Part shown: in pieces, positions 40,970-52,582 of the stretch
Layout: each line of letters starts with the position of its first letter
Position numbering within the stretch: the first letter of the stretch is position 1
Assembly: GCA_046290225.1 (NCBI GenBank)
Contig: JBKAGE010000035.1
Span: 288,001-352,000 of the forward strand
Direction of reading: 5' to 3'
DNA length: 64,000 nucleotides
DNA from: Bradymonadia bacterium
GTDB lineage: Bacteria; Myxococcota_A; Bradymonadia; UBA7976; UBA1532
Program-made: the position numbers and the translations under genes
Notes under the pieces: model-generated
What the model was told of the DNA's origin: nothing
Databases searched by the model: none
What the model saw: the letters and a program-made list of their open reading frames with translations, nothing else

Positions 40970-41251
40970 ATGAAGAAGGCGGAACTCATTGCAGAGGTTC
41001 ATCAGTCCATTGACGGTGAGCTGACCAAGAAGAAGGTGGGCGAGATCATCAACGCGTTGTTCGACGCTGTTGGTGGCTCCATCGTCAAAGACGGCCGTTT
41101 CTCCGCGCCTGGCTTTGGCACTTTCACCGTGAAGACCCGTGCTGCTCGCACTGGCCGTAACCCCCGGACCAAGGAGACCATCCAGATCCCCGAGTCCAAG
41201 AACGTGGGTTTCAAGCCGGCGCCTGAGCTGAAGAACAAGGTCAACCAGTAA
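40970..41251 (+). CDS. hup: HU-family DNA-binding protein (copy 1)
   Basis: MKKAELI, GFGTF, RAARTGRNPRT, GFKPAPELK. Confidence 0.95.
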   Translation: MKKAELIAEVHQSIDGELTKKKVGEIINALFDAVGGSIVKDGRFSAPGFGTFTVKTRAARTGRNPRTKETIQIPESKNVGFKPAPELKNKVNQ

Positions 41252-41295
41252 TTGATCGGCCCTCTTCGGGTCTAAAAACTCAACGGAGAAGCAAA

Positions 41296-41574
41296 ATGAC
41301 CAAGCATGAGCTGATCGATGCAGTCCACGAGGCTGTCGGCGGTGACGTCTCCAAGCGCATCACCGGCGAGGTGATCGACGCCACTTTCAAGGCCCTCACC
41401 ACCGGTCTGGTGGGCGAGGAAGGCCGCGTGTTCATCCCCGGCTTCGGCACCTTCCAGGTGAAGTCCCGCGCCGCACGCACCGGCCGCAACCCCCGCACCG
41501 GCGAGGAGATCCAGATCCCCGCCAGCAAGACCGTGGGTTTCAAGGTCGCTGCCGGCCTCAAGGGCAACCTGTAA
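41296..41574 (+). CDS. hup: HU-family DNA-binding protein (copy 2)
   Basis: MTKHELI, GFGTF, RAARTGRNPRTGE, GFKVAAGLK. Confidence 0.95.
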   Translation: MTKHELIDAVHEAVGGDVSKRITGEVIDATFKALTTGLVGEEGRVFIPGFGTFQVKSRAARTGRNPRTGEEIQIPASKTVGFKVAAGLKGNL

Positions 41575-41675
41575 GTCTCGGTGCCCTGGTGGCGTCGGCC
41601 AGCGGCTGGCGCCGCCTCCACACCTCCACCTGGCCGCCTCTCGTGGGCTTTGCCTGGTGATGTGACGAGGTGTTG

Positions 41676-41748
41676 ATCCCTCTGCAATGATTTGTAGGGG
41701 GATTTTTGATTTGTAGAGGGTGATGACAGATAGAGGTCTGTCATTTTT
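41676..41748 (+). terminator. Two tandem terminator-like hairpins
   Basis: ATCCCTCTGCAA/TTGTAGGGGGAT-TTTT and ATGACAGAT/GTCTGTCAT-TTTT. Confidence 0.6.
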
Positions 41749-41830
41749 GCCATCTTTGACTCCCGATGGCTCCCCCTCCCTGGCTCTCTGACAGTCTGTT
41801 GCTCGGCGTTGATCAAGCCTTTGGGGGCCG

Positions 41831-41859
41831 TTGACACCTATACCCCCCTGTGCTAGAAG
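41831..41859 (+). promoter_or_regulatory. Sigma70-like promoter of the tRNA-Gln-prs operon
   Basis: TTGACA-17 nt-TAGAAG with an extended TG and a GC-rich discriminator. Confidence 0.6.
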
Positions 41860-41912
41860 GCCGCGTCCAAAGCCATGCCCGTGCCGGGGATGGTTGTGGT
41901 CGAAACCCCTGA

Positions 41913-41984
41913 TGGGGCGTGGGCTAGTGGTAAGCCTCCGGACTTTGAATCCGGCTATCGCAGGTTCGAATCCTGCCGCCCCAG
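41913..41984 (+). tRNA. tRNA-Gln (anticodon TTG)
   Basis: Full cloverleaf TGGGGCG/CGCCCCA, anticodon arm CCGGA-CTTTGAA-TCCGG, T-loop TTCGAAT; CCA not encoded; usual position upstream of prs. Confidence 0.96.
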
Positions 41985-42010
41985 CTCTTTCGCTCGAAAG
42001 GCGCGAAAAC

Positions 42011-42949
42011 ATGGCTCCGGTGAAGATCTTCACGGGCAACTCGAACCCAGAGATGGCACGGGAGATCTGCGCCTACCTCGACACCCCCCTGGGCAACGCC
42101 CGGGTGGGGCGGTTCTCCGACGGTGAGATCAACATCGAGATCAACGAGTCGGTCCGTGGGGCCGACGTCTACGTGATCCAAAGCACCTGCGCCCCGGGCA
42201 ACGACAACCTGATGGAGCTGCTCATCATGCTCGACGCCCTCAAGCGGGCCTCGGCGGGCAGCATCTCAGCGGTCATCCCCTATTATGGTTACGCTCGGCA
42301 GGACCGTAAGGTCTCGCCCCGGGCGCCCATCTCCGCTCGACTCGTCGCCGATCTCGTCTCGGTGGCCGGCGTCGGGCGCATCATCACCATGGAGCTGCAC
42401 GCCGGTCAGATTCAGGGCTACTTCAACGGCCCCGTCGACCACCTCTACAGCTCCCCGGTCATGATGGACTATCTGCGCACGCTCGATCTCAAAGACACCG
42501 TGATCGTCAGCCCCGACGCGGGCGGTGTCGAGCGGGCCCGCATCTATGCCAAGCGCCTCAATGCGCAGCTCGCCATCGTCGACAAGCGCCGCAGCGGCCC
42601 CAACGTCGCCGAGGTCATGAACCTCATCGGTGACGTCGACGGCAAAGACGCGGTCATCATCGACGACATGATCGACACCGCGGGCACGCTCTGCCAGGCC
42701 GCCGAGGCTCTCAAGAAGTTCGGCGCCCGGCGGGTGTACGCCGTGTCGACGCACCCGGTGCTCTCCGGGCCGGCGATCAAGCGCATCTCTGAGAGCGTGA
42801 TCGAAGAGGTGGTGGTGTCGAACACCATCCCCTTGACCGAGGCCGGCAAGGCCTGCCCCAAAATCAAAGTCCTTTCGGTGGCCTACCTGTTCGGTGAGGC
42901 CATCAAGCGTATCCAGGATCGCTCCTCGGTGAGCAGCCTGTTCGAGTGA
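42011..42949 (+). CDS. prs: Ribose-phosphate pyrophosphokinase
   Basis: FSDGE, PYYGYARQDRK, VSPDAGGVERAR, IIDDMIDTAGT. Confidence 0.98.
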   Translation: MAPVKIFTGNSNPEMAREICAYLDTPLGNARVGRFSDGEINIEINESVRGADVYVIQSTCAPGNDNLMELLIMLDALKRASAGSISAVIPYYGYARQDRKVSPRAPISARLVADLVSVAGVGRIITMELHAGQIQGYFNGPVDHLYSSPVMMDYLRTLDLKDTVIVSPDAGGVERARIYAKRLNAQLAIVDKRRSGPNVAEVMNLIGDVDGKDAVIIDDMIDTAGTLCQAAEALKKFGARRVYAVSTHPVLSGPAIKRISESVIEEVVVSNTIPLTEAGKACPKIKVLSVAYLFGEAIKRIQDRSSVSSLFE

Positions 42950-43001
42950 TTTAAAGCTTTTGTCCACCCGCAATGGTGCGGGCTCTATTGAAGAGGAAAC
43001 C

Positions 43002-43595
43002 ATGGAAACGACAGCCATCCAGACCAGTCTCCGCGAAGGCACCGGCAAGGGTACGAACCGCCGCCTTCGGGCCGAGGGCAAGATGCCCGCGGTGCTGTAC
43101 GGACACGGCATCGAAGCCCCGGTGAACGTCGTCGTCGACCCCCGGAACCTTGAGATGGCCCTGCGCCATCCCAAGGGCTTCAACGCTCTGCTCCCCCTGA
43201 ACGTCGAGGGCGCCGGCGCCCACGAGGTGCTCGTCCGCGAGGTGCAGCGTCACCCCGTCTCCCGCCGTATTCAGCACGTCGACTTCGTCGCCCCTGATCC
43301 GGCCAAGGAGATCGTGTCGGTGGTGCCCCTGAAGATCACCGGTAAGTCCATCGGTGTCTCCCTCGGTGGCCGCCTGCGCACCCCCTACAAGACCGTCAAG
43401 GTGGTGAGCCTGCCCAAGGACATCCCCGCCTCCATCGACATCGACATCACCGAGCTCAACATCATGGACGAGACGAAGGCCAGCGAGCTCAACGTGGCCG
43501 AGGGCGCCAGGGTGCTCTTCGACCGTGATTTCGTGGTGGTGAAGGTCGTCCAGGCCCGCGGCGCCAAGAAGAAAGAAGAGGAAGAAGAGGGCTGA
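43002..43595 (+). CDS. rplY: 50S ribosomal protein L25/Ctc
   Basis: RRLRAEGKMPAVLYG, VQRHPV, HVDF; synteny. Confidence 0.95.
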   Translation: METTAIQTSLREGTGKGTNRRLRAEGKMPAVLYGHGIEAPVNVVVDPRNLEMALRHPKGFNALLPLNVEGAGAHEVLVREVQRHPVSRRIQHVDFVAPDPAKEIVSVVPLKITGKSIGVSLGGRLRTPYKTVKVVSLPKDIPASIDIDITELNIMDETKASELNVAEGARVLFDRDFVVVKVVQARGAKKKEEEEEG

Positions 43596-43691
43596 TCTGC
43601 TGCCCGGCGCGCTGTGTGACAACATCGTCCGGGCACAGCCTCTCTCGCGCTCGAAACCCCACAACAGGAACCCCTACACCAGGATCCCACC

Positions 43692-44261
43692 ATGTCTCGT
43701 CGACTTGTGGTCGGTCTGGGCAACCCCGGTGCCCAGTATGCCGGCAACCGCCACAACATCGGCTTCATGCTGATCGATCAGCTTGCCGACGACGCAGGGA
43801 TTCAGGCCTCTCGTTCGAAGTTCAAGGGGCTCTACGGCACAGGCAGCATCAGCGGCGAATCTGTCGCGCTGCTCAAGCCGCAGACCTTCATGAACCTCAG
43901 CGGGCAGTCGGTGTCGCCGGCACGCTCGTTCTTCGATGTGGAATTCGACGACATCCTGGTGATCCACGACGAGCTCGATCTGCCGTATGGCACGGTTCGC
44001 TTGAAGCTCGGTGGGGGTCACGCCGGCCACAACGGCCTGAAATCGATCATCGCTCAGCTCGGCACTCGGGACTTCGCCCGGCTGCGCATGGGCATCGGCC
44101 GCCCCGAGAAGGGCGCGGTCAACCGATACGTGCTGGGGGATTTTGCCTCCGGCGAAGAGCGCGAGTCACTGCCGGCCTTCCTCGACGAGGGCGGCCGGGC
44201 GGTGAAGGCGTGGCTCACCGAGGGCATGCGCAAGGCCATGAACTCGGTCAACGCAAGTTAA
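43692..44261 (+). CDS. pth: Peptidyl-tRNA hydrolase
   Basis: VGLGNPG, RHNIGF, KPQTFMNLSG, HDELDL, GHNGLKS. Confidence 0.97.
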   Translation: MSRRLVVGLGNPGAQYAGNRHNIGFMLIDQLADDAGIQASRSKFKGLYGTGSISGESVALLKPQTFMNLSGQSVSPARSFFDVEFDDILVIHDELDLPYGTVRLKLGGGHAGHNGLKSIIAQLGTRDFARLRMGIGRPEKGAVNRYVLGDFASGEERESLPAFLDEGGRAVKAWLTEGMRKAMNSVNAS

Positions 44262-44336
44262 TGTAATTTCTCAGGAACCTGAACAAACACAGGGGCCTGG
44301 AAGCCCCACCCAAGTTGGGGAGAGGAGTCGGGACTC

Positions 44337-46499
<2,163 letters not shown>

Positions 46500-46592
46500 G
46501 GCGGCCGTTCTGGGCAGAGATGTTTTGGTCAGGGGGGTAATCACCCCTTGATCGGCGAGCAGGGATCCCATACCTTGCTCGCCCGTTCGCGT

Positions 46593-46618
46593 AAGGGCCT
46601 CCGTTTCGGGGGCCTTTT
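46593..46618 (+). terminator. Terminator-like hairpin after hppA
   Basis: AAGGGCCTCCG-TTT-CGGGGGCCTTTT. Confidence 0.55.
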
Positions 46619-46669
46619 CACGAGCGTCCTATTTCATCACTGGGTCAGCACCGCGAGGTGTATGACCTG

Positions 46670-46716
46670 CTCCCTGCTCGTGACAGTGCGTCACGGGCTG
46701 CTCAACCCATGGGGAG
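46670..46716 (+). promoter_or_regulatory. Candidate S6:S18 (rpsF) ribosomal leader
   Basis: CTCCC pairs with the SD GGGAG; inner hairpin GCTCGTGAC/GTCACGGGC; unpaired CCC just before the SD, as in the known rpsF leader. Confidence 0.65.
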
Positions 46717-46723
46717 AAGCACT

Positions 46724-47149
46724 ATGGCATCGTCCACGCAGTCTTTCCGACTGCCGAAGATCGAGAAGCTCCGCAAGTACGAGCTGATCTACATCCTTCA
46801 GCCTGAGGTCACCGACGAAGGTCGTGCGAAGCTCGAGGGTCGAATCAACGAGGTCTACGAGTCCGAGAAGATTCAGATCGTCAAGCGTGAAGAGTGGGGC
46901 AAGCGCAAGCTCGCCTACGAAATCAAGCACACCCCCAGCGGCACCGACTGCTCCAAGGGTATCTACTTCTACACCGTCTTCGCCGCCCTGCCTGGGGTCA
47001 CCCAGGAGATCGAGCGTCGCCTGCGGTTGAACGATGACTGCATTCGTTTCATGACCATCAAGCTCGACGAGGACTACTCCCTCGAGGCCGCCCTCGCCGA
47101 GGCCGGTGCCCCTGAGAGCGATGCCAAGGAGGCTGCAGCCAATGCGTGA
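46724..47149 (+). CDS. rpsF: 30S ribosomal protein S6
   Basis: [29 protein letters not shown]. Confidence 0.96.
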   Translation: MASSTQSFRLPKIEKLRKYELIYILQPEVTDEGRAKLEGRINEVYESEKIQIVKREEWGKRKLAYEIKHTPSGTDCSKGIYFYTVFAALPGVTQEIERRLRLNDDCIRFMTIKLDEDYSLEAALAEAGAPESDAKEAAANA

Positions 47150-47387
47150 TGCACGTTTTGATCGTCGTCGTAGCCGCCGCAAGGTCGATCGGTTCCTCGC
47201 CGACAAGACCCTGGTGATCGATTACAAGGATCCCTCGATCCTCAAGTACTTCATCACCGAGCGCGGCAAGATCGTGCCCCGCCGTGTCTCTGGCCTCACC
47301 GCCAAGAACCAGCGGAAGATCACTCAGGCCATCAAGCGCGCCCGCATGGTCGCCCTGATGCCCTTCACCACCGCCAAGGCCCACTGA
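47142..47387 (+). CDS. rpsR: 30S ribosomal protein S18
   Basis: [23 protein letters not shown]. Confidence 0.96.
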   Translation: MRDARFDRRRSRRKVDRFLADKTLVIDYKDPSILKYFITERGKIVPRRVSGLTAKNQRKITQAIKRARMVALMPFTTAKAH

Positions 47388-47404
47388 GCCCAAAGGAGTC
47401 GATC

Positions 47405-47932
47405 ATGAAGGTCATTCTGCGGGAGAACGTGTCCAACCTCGGTCACATCGGTGACGTCGTGGCCGTGAAAGATGGCTACGCCCGTAACTTCCTCTTGCCC
47501 CGTAACCTCGCTGTGCCGGCGAACGATCGCCAGCTCAAGCGGGTCGAGCACGAGAAGCGCATCATCGAGCGCAAGTCCGCCACCATGAAGGTGGAGGCCG
47601 AGGGCCGCAAGGCCAAGCTCGACAAGGTCACCCTCACCATCTCCAAGGCCGTCGGCGAGAACGAGAAGCTCTTCGGCTCGGTCACCTCCATGGAGATCCA
47701 GGCCCGTCTCAAGGACGAGGGCTTCGAGGTGGATCGCCGCAACATCCAGCTCACCGAGAACATCAAGCACGCTGGTGTCTTCGAGGTCTCCGTGAAGCTG
47801 TTCCGCGACGTCGTGGCCACCATCAAGGTGCACGTCGTGGCCAAGAACCCGCCCCCCGTCAAGGCCGAGGAGGCCCCCGCTGAGGAGGCACCCGCCGCCG
47901 AGGCTGCCGCCGAAGAGGCCGTCGAGGCCTGA
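47405..47932 (+). CDS. rplI: 50S ribosomal protein L9
   Basis: MKVIL, VKDGYARNFLLP, KLFGSVT. Confidence 0.97.
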   Translation: MKVILRENVSNLGHIGDVVAVKDGYARNFLLPRNLAVPANDRQLKRVEHEKRIIERKSATMKVEAEGRKAKLDKVTLTISKAVGENEKLFGSVTSMEIQARLKDEGFEVDRRNIQLTENIKHAGVFEVSVKLFRDVVATIKVHVVAKNPPPVKAEEAPAEEAPAAEAAAEEAVEA

Positions 47933-48000
47933 TACCCCCCTGACCTACCCCACTCGACCTGAGGCTCAAGCCTCGGGTCGGCTGCTCCGTTCACCGGAGC

Positions 48001-48984
48001 ATGCATCTTCAGCCTCCCACATCCGGTTTCGTCATCGATGGTCGTTATCAGATCGTCGATCACATCGCCTCCGGTGGTGTCGGCGCCATCTACCGCGCCG
48101 TACAGCAGCCCATCGGGCGGGTGGTGGCCGTCAAGCTGCTCTCACAGGAGATCCCACCACACAGCAATGGGTGGGATCGATTCCGTCGGGAAGCTCAGGT
48201 GCTCAGTCTGTTGCGTCACCCGCACATCGTCAGTTGCCTCGACGCCGGCGCCATGCCCAACGGTCAGCCCTACTTGATCATGGAGTACGTACCTGGCCAG
48301 ACCTTGAGCGATCTGCTCGAGGGAGAGCCTCTATCCATCGACGAGATCATGGCCATCAGTCGGCAGATCGCCCTGGCCCTCGCCGGGGCCCACGCTGCCG
48401 GCATCACCCATCGAGATCTCAGCCCTGACAACGTGCTCATCGATGCCCAGCCGGGCATGCCGCGTCATGTGCGGCTCATCGACTTCGGCCTCGCTGGCCT
48501 GACCCGAGCGATGCAGAGTCACCTGGGTGGACCTGATTTGACGGCGCCGGGCACGCGCATGGGCACACCCTGGTACACCCCACCAGAGCAATCCCCAGGG
48601 CCCAAGGGTGACCTCTACAGCCTGGGGGTGATCATGTTCGAGATGCTCACGGGTCAGGTCCCCTTCTCTGATCGAGATCCTGTGGCATTGCGCATGGCTC
48701 ACACCTGGTCGGCCCCACCAGAGCCCCAGAGCGTGTCCACACGGGCCCTACCGCCAGCACTTTGCGCTCTGACTCTGGCATTGCTGGCCAAGAAGCCCGC
48801 AAATCGACCTCATGACGCGGTCATGGTCGCCGAGAGCATTCGCCAGCTGACGCACGCACACCAACCCGTTGATGAGGAGCAGACCATTGTCGAGCACGTG
48901 GTGAAGGGGGAGCTCACCGAAGCGCCATCAACAGAGTTTCAGGGGCTGAAGGGGTTGTTGGCCCGAATCATGGGCAAGGCGTGA
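48001..48984 (+). CDS. Cytoplasmic Ser/Thr protein kinase (divergent)
   Basis: ASGGVG, VAVK, HRDLSPDN, DFG, GTPWYTPPE. Confidence 0.88.
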   Translation: MHLQPPTSGFVIDGRYQIVDHIASGGVGAIYRAVQQPIGRVVAVKLLSQEIPPHSNGWDRFRREAQVLSLLRHPHIVSCLDAGAMPNGQPYLIMEYVPGQTLSDLLEGEPLSIDEIMAISRQIALALAGAHAAGITHRDLSPDNVLIDAQPGMPRHVRLIDFGLAGLTRAMQSHLGGPDLTAPGTRMGTPWYTPPEQSPGPKGDLYSLGVIMFEMLTGQVPFSDRDPVALRMAHTWSAPPEPQSVSTRALPPALCALTLALLAKKPANRPHDAVMVAESIRQLTHAHQPVDEEQTIVEHVVKGELTEAPSTEFQGLKGLLARIMGKA

Positions 48985-48988
48985 CAGC

Positions 48989-49573
48989 TCAGTGGCGGGT
49001 GAGTTTGCTGATCAACTCGAGCTGAGAGTGCACCCCCAGCTTGCGGTACACCGACTTGATGTGATTACGCACCGTGTGCTCGCTGATCTTGTAGTCGAGC
49101 GCGATCTGCTTGGGCGCCAGGCCTGCCCTCAGCGCCTTCACCATGTCCCGCTCTCGAGGAGATAGGCGCTCCAGCTCGTCGAGGGCGGCGCCCTGAGCTT
49201 CTTCGATGGCTTGTTGCACTGTGTGCAGCAGGGTCTGAGCGGTACATGGTTTGGTCAGGTAGGCGCTTGCCTTGGCGTCATTGATCGCCGCCATGGCGGA
49301 ATCGAGATCTGCGTTCCCCGTGATGATCAAGCGCGCGCTGTCAGGATATTGAGCCTTGACCACCTGCAAGAGCTCGAGGCCTGACTTACCCGGTAAACAC
49401 AAGTCGGTGAGCACCGCATCGAAGTCGTCACTGCGCTCGAGCACCTGCTCGGCAGCTTCGGCGTTTGCCACCCACTCGACATCAAACCTCGACTCCAGCA
49501 CTTGCTGCCAGAATCGTCCGACTTGAACATCGTCCTCTACAAGTAGGACCTTTGATCGACCACCTTGGATCAC
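48989..49573 (-). CDS. Response regulator, REC + LuxR HTH
   Basis: LLVEDD, LTDLCLPG, YLTKP, LSPRE...TVRNHIKSVYRKLGV. Confidence 0.92.
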   Translation of the reverse strand: MIQGGRSKVLLVEDDVQVGRFWQQVLESRFDVEWVANAEAAEQVLERSDDFDAVLTDLCLPGKSGLELLQVVKAQYPDSARLIITGNADLDSAMAAINDAKASAYLTKPCTAQTLLHTVQQAIEEAQGAALDELERLSPRERDMVKALRAGLAPKQIALDYKISEHTVRNHIKSVYRKLGVHSQLELISKLTRH

Positions 49574-49664
49574 GTGTTCCCCCAAACAGCTCCACAGCAC
49601 TCATGAACGAATAAACGCATCTCGTCTCGTTCATTCGGAAAATTCATGCAAGGACTATAGCCGC

Positions 49665-50681
49665 ATGTTCTACTTTGGCACACCGCATTTCCGAAAAAGA
49701 GCGTTCCCTCTTAGCTTCTTTTTATTTTTTCTAATCCTATTCAGTACTTCCGCTCGGGCAGACCCTGATCCGGGGCGAATTCTGCTCTATCCCACGATTT
49801 CCCCCGCTGATCGCATCCTGCTCCAGGGCCGGGTGATCGAAGACAAAGGGCACGCGAAGCCTTCGGCGAGCCGCAGCCGGCTCAAGAACCTCTGGAACAC
49901 TGCCCGAACGCTGGAATCCGACGAGATCGAAGATGCACAGGTGGAGCTGGTCATCGGGCGAGAGCGTGTCGTGGCCACCACCGACGACGATGGGGTGTTC
50001 CACGTGGATCAGCCCACGACCCATGGTCCACTGGCCCTCGGCCCACAGGTGGTCAAAGCACGCTTGATCGATGATCGCGGTCACCCCACACCTCCAACCG
50101 AGGATCACATCTTCGTCCTCGGCGAGAGCCCACTGATTCTGGTGAGCGACTTCGACGATACGGTCATGCACAGCGGCGTGACCCGTAAACGCGATTTGCT
50201 CAAGAATGCCCTGTTGAAAAACGCTGCTCAGCTCAAACCAGTGGCCGGCGCTGGGGCAGCGTATACCCGCTCACTTAAGGGATCGGTCGATGCGGTGGTG
50301 TACTTGAGCGGGTCACCTCAGAACTTCATCACCCGTATCCGGGCATTCCTCGAGATCAATGGTCTGCCGCCTGGGGCCATCATCCTGAAGAACTTCGGCA
50401 TCGGTGAGGGCGCTGATCCGATCTTCGATCAGCTCAGTTACAAAGGCGCCCGCCTTGAAGGGCTGGCTCGAGCTTTTCCCAAAGCACGCTTCATCCTGGT
50501 GGGCGATGCTGGGGAGAAAGATCCGGAGATCTACCGAGCCTTCGCGCGCAAACACCCTCAACAGGTGCTGAAGACCGTGATTCGTCGAGTGAAGGGTGCC
50601 GCGATCGCCCCTGATCGAGTGAAAGGCATGCATGTGATCGATGACTTCACTCACATCGATCTGACAGCCATGAGCCACTGA
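49665..50681 (+). CDS. App1-like (DUF2183) phosphatidate phosphatase family protein, exported
   Basis: VSDFDDT, YLSGSP, LVGDAGEKDPEIY; hydrophobic N-terminus. Confidence 0.82.
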   Translation: MFYFGTPHFRKRAFPLSFFLFFLILFSTSARADPDPGRILLYPTISPADRILLQGRVIEDKGHAKPSASRSRLKNLWNTARTLESDEIEDAQVELVIGRERVVATTDDDGVFHVDQPTTHGPLALGPQVVKARLIDDRGHPTPPTEDHIFVLGESPLILVSDFDDTVMHSGVTRKRDLLKNALLKNAAQLKPVAGAGAAYTRSLKGSVDAVVYLSGSPQNFITRIRAFLEINGLPPGAIILKNFGIGEGADPIFDQLSYKGARLEGLARAFPKARFILVGDAGEKDPEIYRAFARKHPQQVLKTVIRRVKGAAIAPDRVKGMHVIDDFTHIDLTAMSH

Positions 50682-50722
50682 TTTTTTGCCTTCTGACCGG
50701 CCGGGCTTACCATGCTCGTCTG

Positions 50723-52570
50723 ATGAAGTGTCCTCGCTGCGATTTCAAACTGAAGACCGGCGCCCTTTACTGTGGGCGCTGCGGTCTCGCACGCCCACGG
50801 GACGAGCACGCGGTGGATCCCCTGCTCGGCGCCACCCTCGGCGGGCGATATCGCGTGGAGCGCCGAATCGGCGCCGGCGGTATGGGTACGGTGTACCGCG
50901 GCGTGGACACCCGCCTCGGACAGCCTGTGGCCATCAAGGTGCTCCACGAGCGCTTCACTCGGGATCCACAGATCCTGCCCCGCTTCGAGAACGAAGCCCT
51001 GGCCTGCGGTCGCTTGATCCACCCCAACCTGGTGACGCTGCACGATTATGGGCAGGACAAAGGCCTGGCCTACGCGGTGATGGAGTACTGCCAGGGCATC
51101 TCGTTGTCCCACCTGCTCCGGCGCCACGATCGTCTGCCCATGTCCCTGGCGGTGGAGCTCATCATTCAGGTGGCTCAAGCCCTCGAGGTGGTGCACGAGG
51201 GTGAGGTGGTGCACCGGGATCTCAAGCCCGACAACATCTTGCTCGTGGAGGTCCGCCCGGGCCGATACCACGTGAAGCTGCTCGACTTCGGCATCGCCAA
51301 GTACCTCGACGAGGAAGGGCCGGGCCTGACTCAGGCGGGCATGGTCTTCGGTACGCCGGAGTACATGGCCCCAGAGCAGGCCAAGGGAGAGCAGGTCGAC
51401 CGTCGGGCAGACATCTACGCTCTGGGCGTGATTTTGTTCGAGCTTCTGGCGGGTCAGGTGCCCTTCAGCGGCAAGAACCGCATGAACCTCATGCACCAGC
51501 ACGCTCACGATACGCCCCCAGAGCTGGAGGCTGTGGCCCCGGTGAGTCTGCCCGAGGCCCTCACCGAGGTGGCGATGTCCTGCCTTGAGAAGAACCCGGA
51601 GCATCGCCCCCAGACGGCGATGGGTCTGATCGAGCTGCTGGAAGAGGCCCTCGCCGAGGCTGGGGAGGTCTCGAGCCACACCACCGCCGAGCCGGCGATC
51701 TCAACCCAAATCACGCCGCCAGAGGGGCCGGCGGTGGCCATGTCTCCACCGCCGACACGCATCAATGATGCTGGGGCCTCCCTGGCCCCCATGACCACGT
51801 GGGCGCTGCCCGGCCGCGGCTCGCTGGCCGTCGCCGGCGCGTTGCTGTGTGTGTTCGTCGGTACCGCGGCGTGGGTCTGGTCACCTGACGGGCAGGGCAA
51901 GTCGGGGACCACCGATGCGCCCACGCAGACCACCGCGAGCCCCAAAGCACAATCAGAGCAAAAGCCCGCTGGACACACGGGCGCGAGACCTGAAGCTGGC
52001 ACCAAGAGCCAACCCAAGGGCCCGGCTGATTTGATGGTCTGGGTGGGTGAGCCGCAAAAGGCCGACACGGTGGTCAAAGCGCCCAAGGCCGATCCTGAGC
52101 CTCCGAAGCAGAAGCACGCGCAGGCGCCCAAGCCCGTGTCACCCAAGCAGGTGACGCCAAAGCCAGCCGCGCCGCCCAAGCCCGAGATCACGGCAGAGCA
52201 ACGGGCGGCGGAGCGAGCCCGCCGGGCCGCCGAAGCAGAGGCAAAGGCGGAGCGCCAGGCACGAGATCAGGCACAGCGTCTGCTCGGGGAAGCCCGCCGC
52301 TTCTTGAAGCATGGCAAGCTCGATGACGCAGATCGCACGGTGAGTCAGGCGCTGAAGACCGTGCCTGATCAAGCCGAAGCCATCGCCTTCAAGGCGCAGC
52401 TGGGCCAAATCCGCCGTGAACTCGCCGAAGGTCGTCAGCTCTTCGAAGATGGAGACTGCGCCCGGGCGGTGAAGACGCTCAACCCCGTGCTCGAAGTGTC
52501 TCCAGGAGCCCCAGGGGTGAGCCACATCATCAACAACTGCCGTAAGAGCATGCCACCGAAGAAGCTCTGA
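50723..52570 (+). CDS. Membrane Ser/Thr kinase with zinc ribbon, Pro-rich linker and C-terminal helical domain
   Basis: CPRC...CGRC, GAGGMG, HRDLKPDN, DFGIAK, YMAPE, TM. Confidence 0.95.
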   Translation: MKCPRCDFKLKTGALYCGRCGLARPRDEHAVDPLLGATLGGRYRVERRIGAGGMGTVYRGVDTRLGQPVAIKVLHERFTRDPQILPRFENEALACGRLIHPNLVTLHDYGQDKGLAYAVMEYCQGISLSHLLRRHDRLPMSLAVELIIQVAQALEVVHEGEVVHRDLKPDNILLVEVRPGRYHVKLLDFGIAKYLDEEGPGLTQAGMVFGTPEYMAPEQAKGEQVDRRADIYALGVILFELLAGQVPFSGKNRMNLMHQHAHDTPPELEAVAPVSLPEALTEVAMSCLEKNPEHRPQTAMGLIELLEEALAEAGEVSSHTTAEPAISTQITPPEGPAVAMSPPPTRINDAGASLAPMTTWALPGRGSLAVAGALLCVFVGTAAWVWSPDGQGKSGTTDAPTQTTASPKAQSEQKPAGHTGARPEAGTKSQPKGPADLMVWVGEPQKADTVVKAPKADPEPPKQKHAQAPKPVSPKQVTPKPAAPPKPEITAEQRAAERARRAAEAEAKAERQARDQAQRLLGEARRFLKHGKLDDADRTVSQALKTVPDQAEAIAFKAQLGQIRRELAEGRQLFEDGDCARAVKTLNPVLEVSPGAPGVSHIINNCRKSMPPKKL

Positions 52571-52582
52571 TCACGCCTCGCG

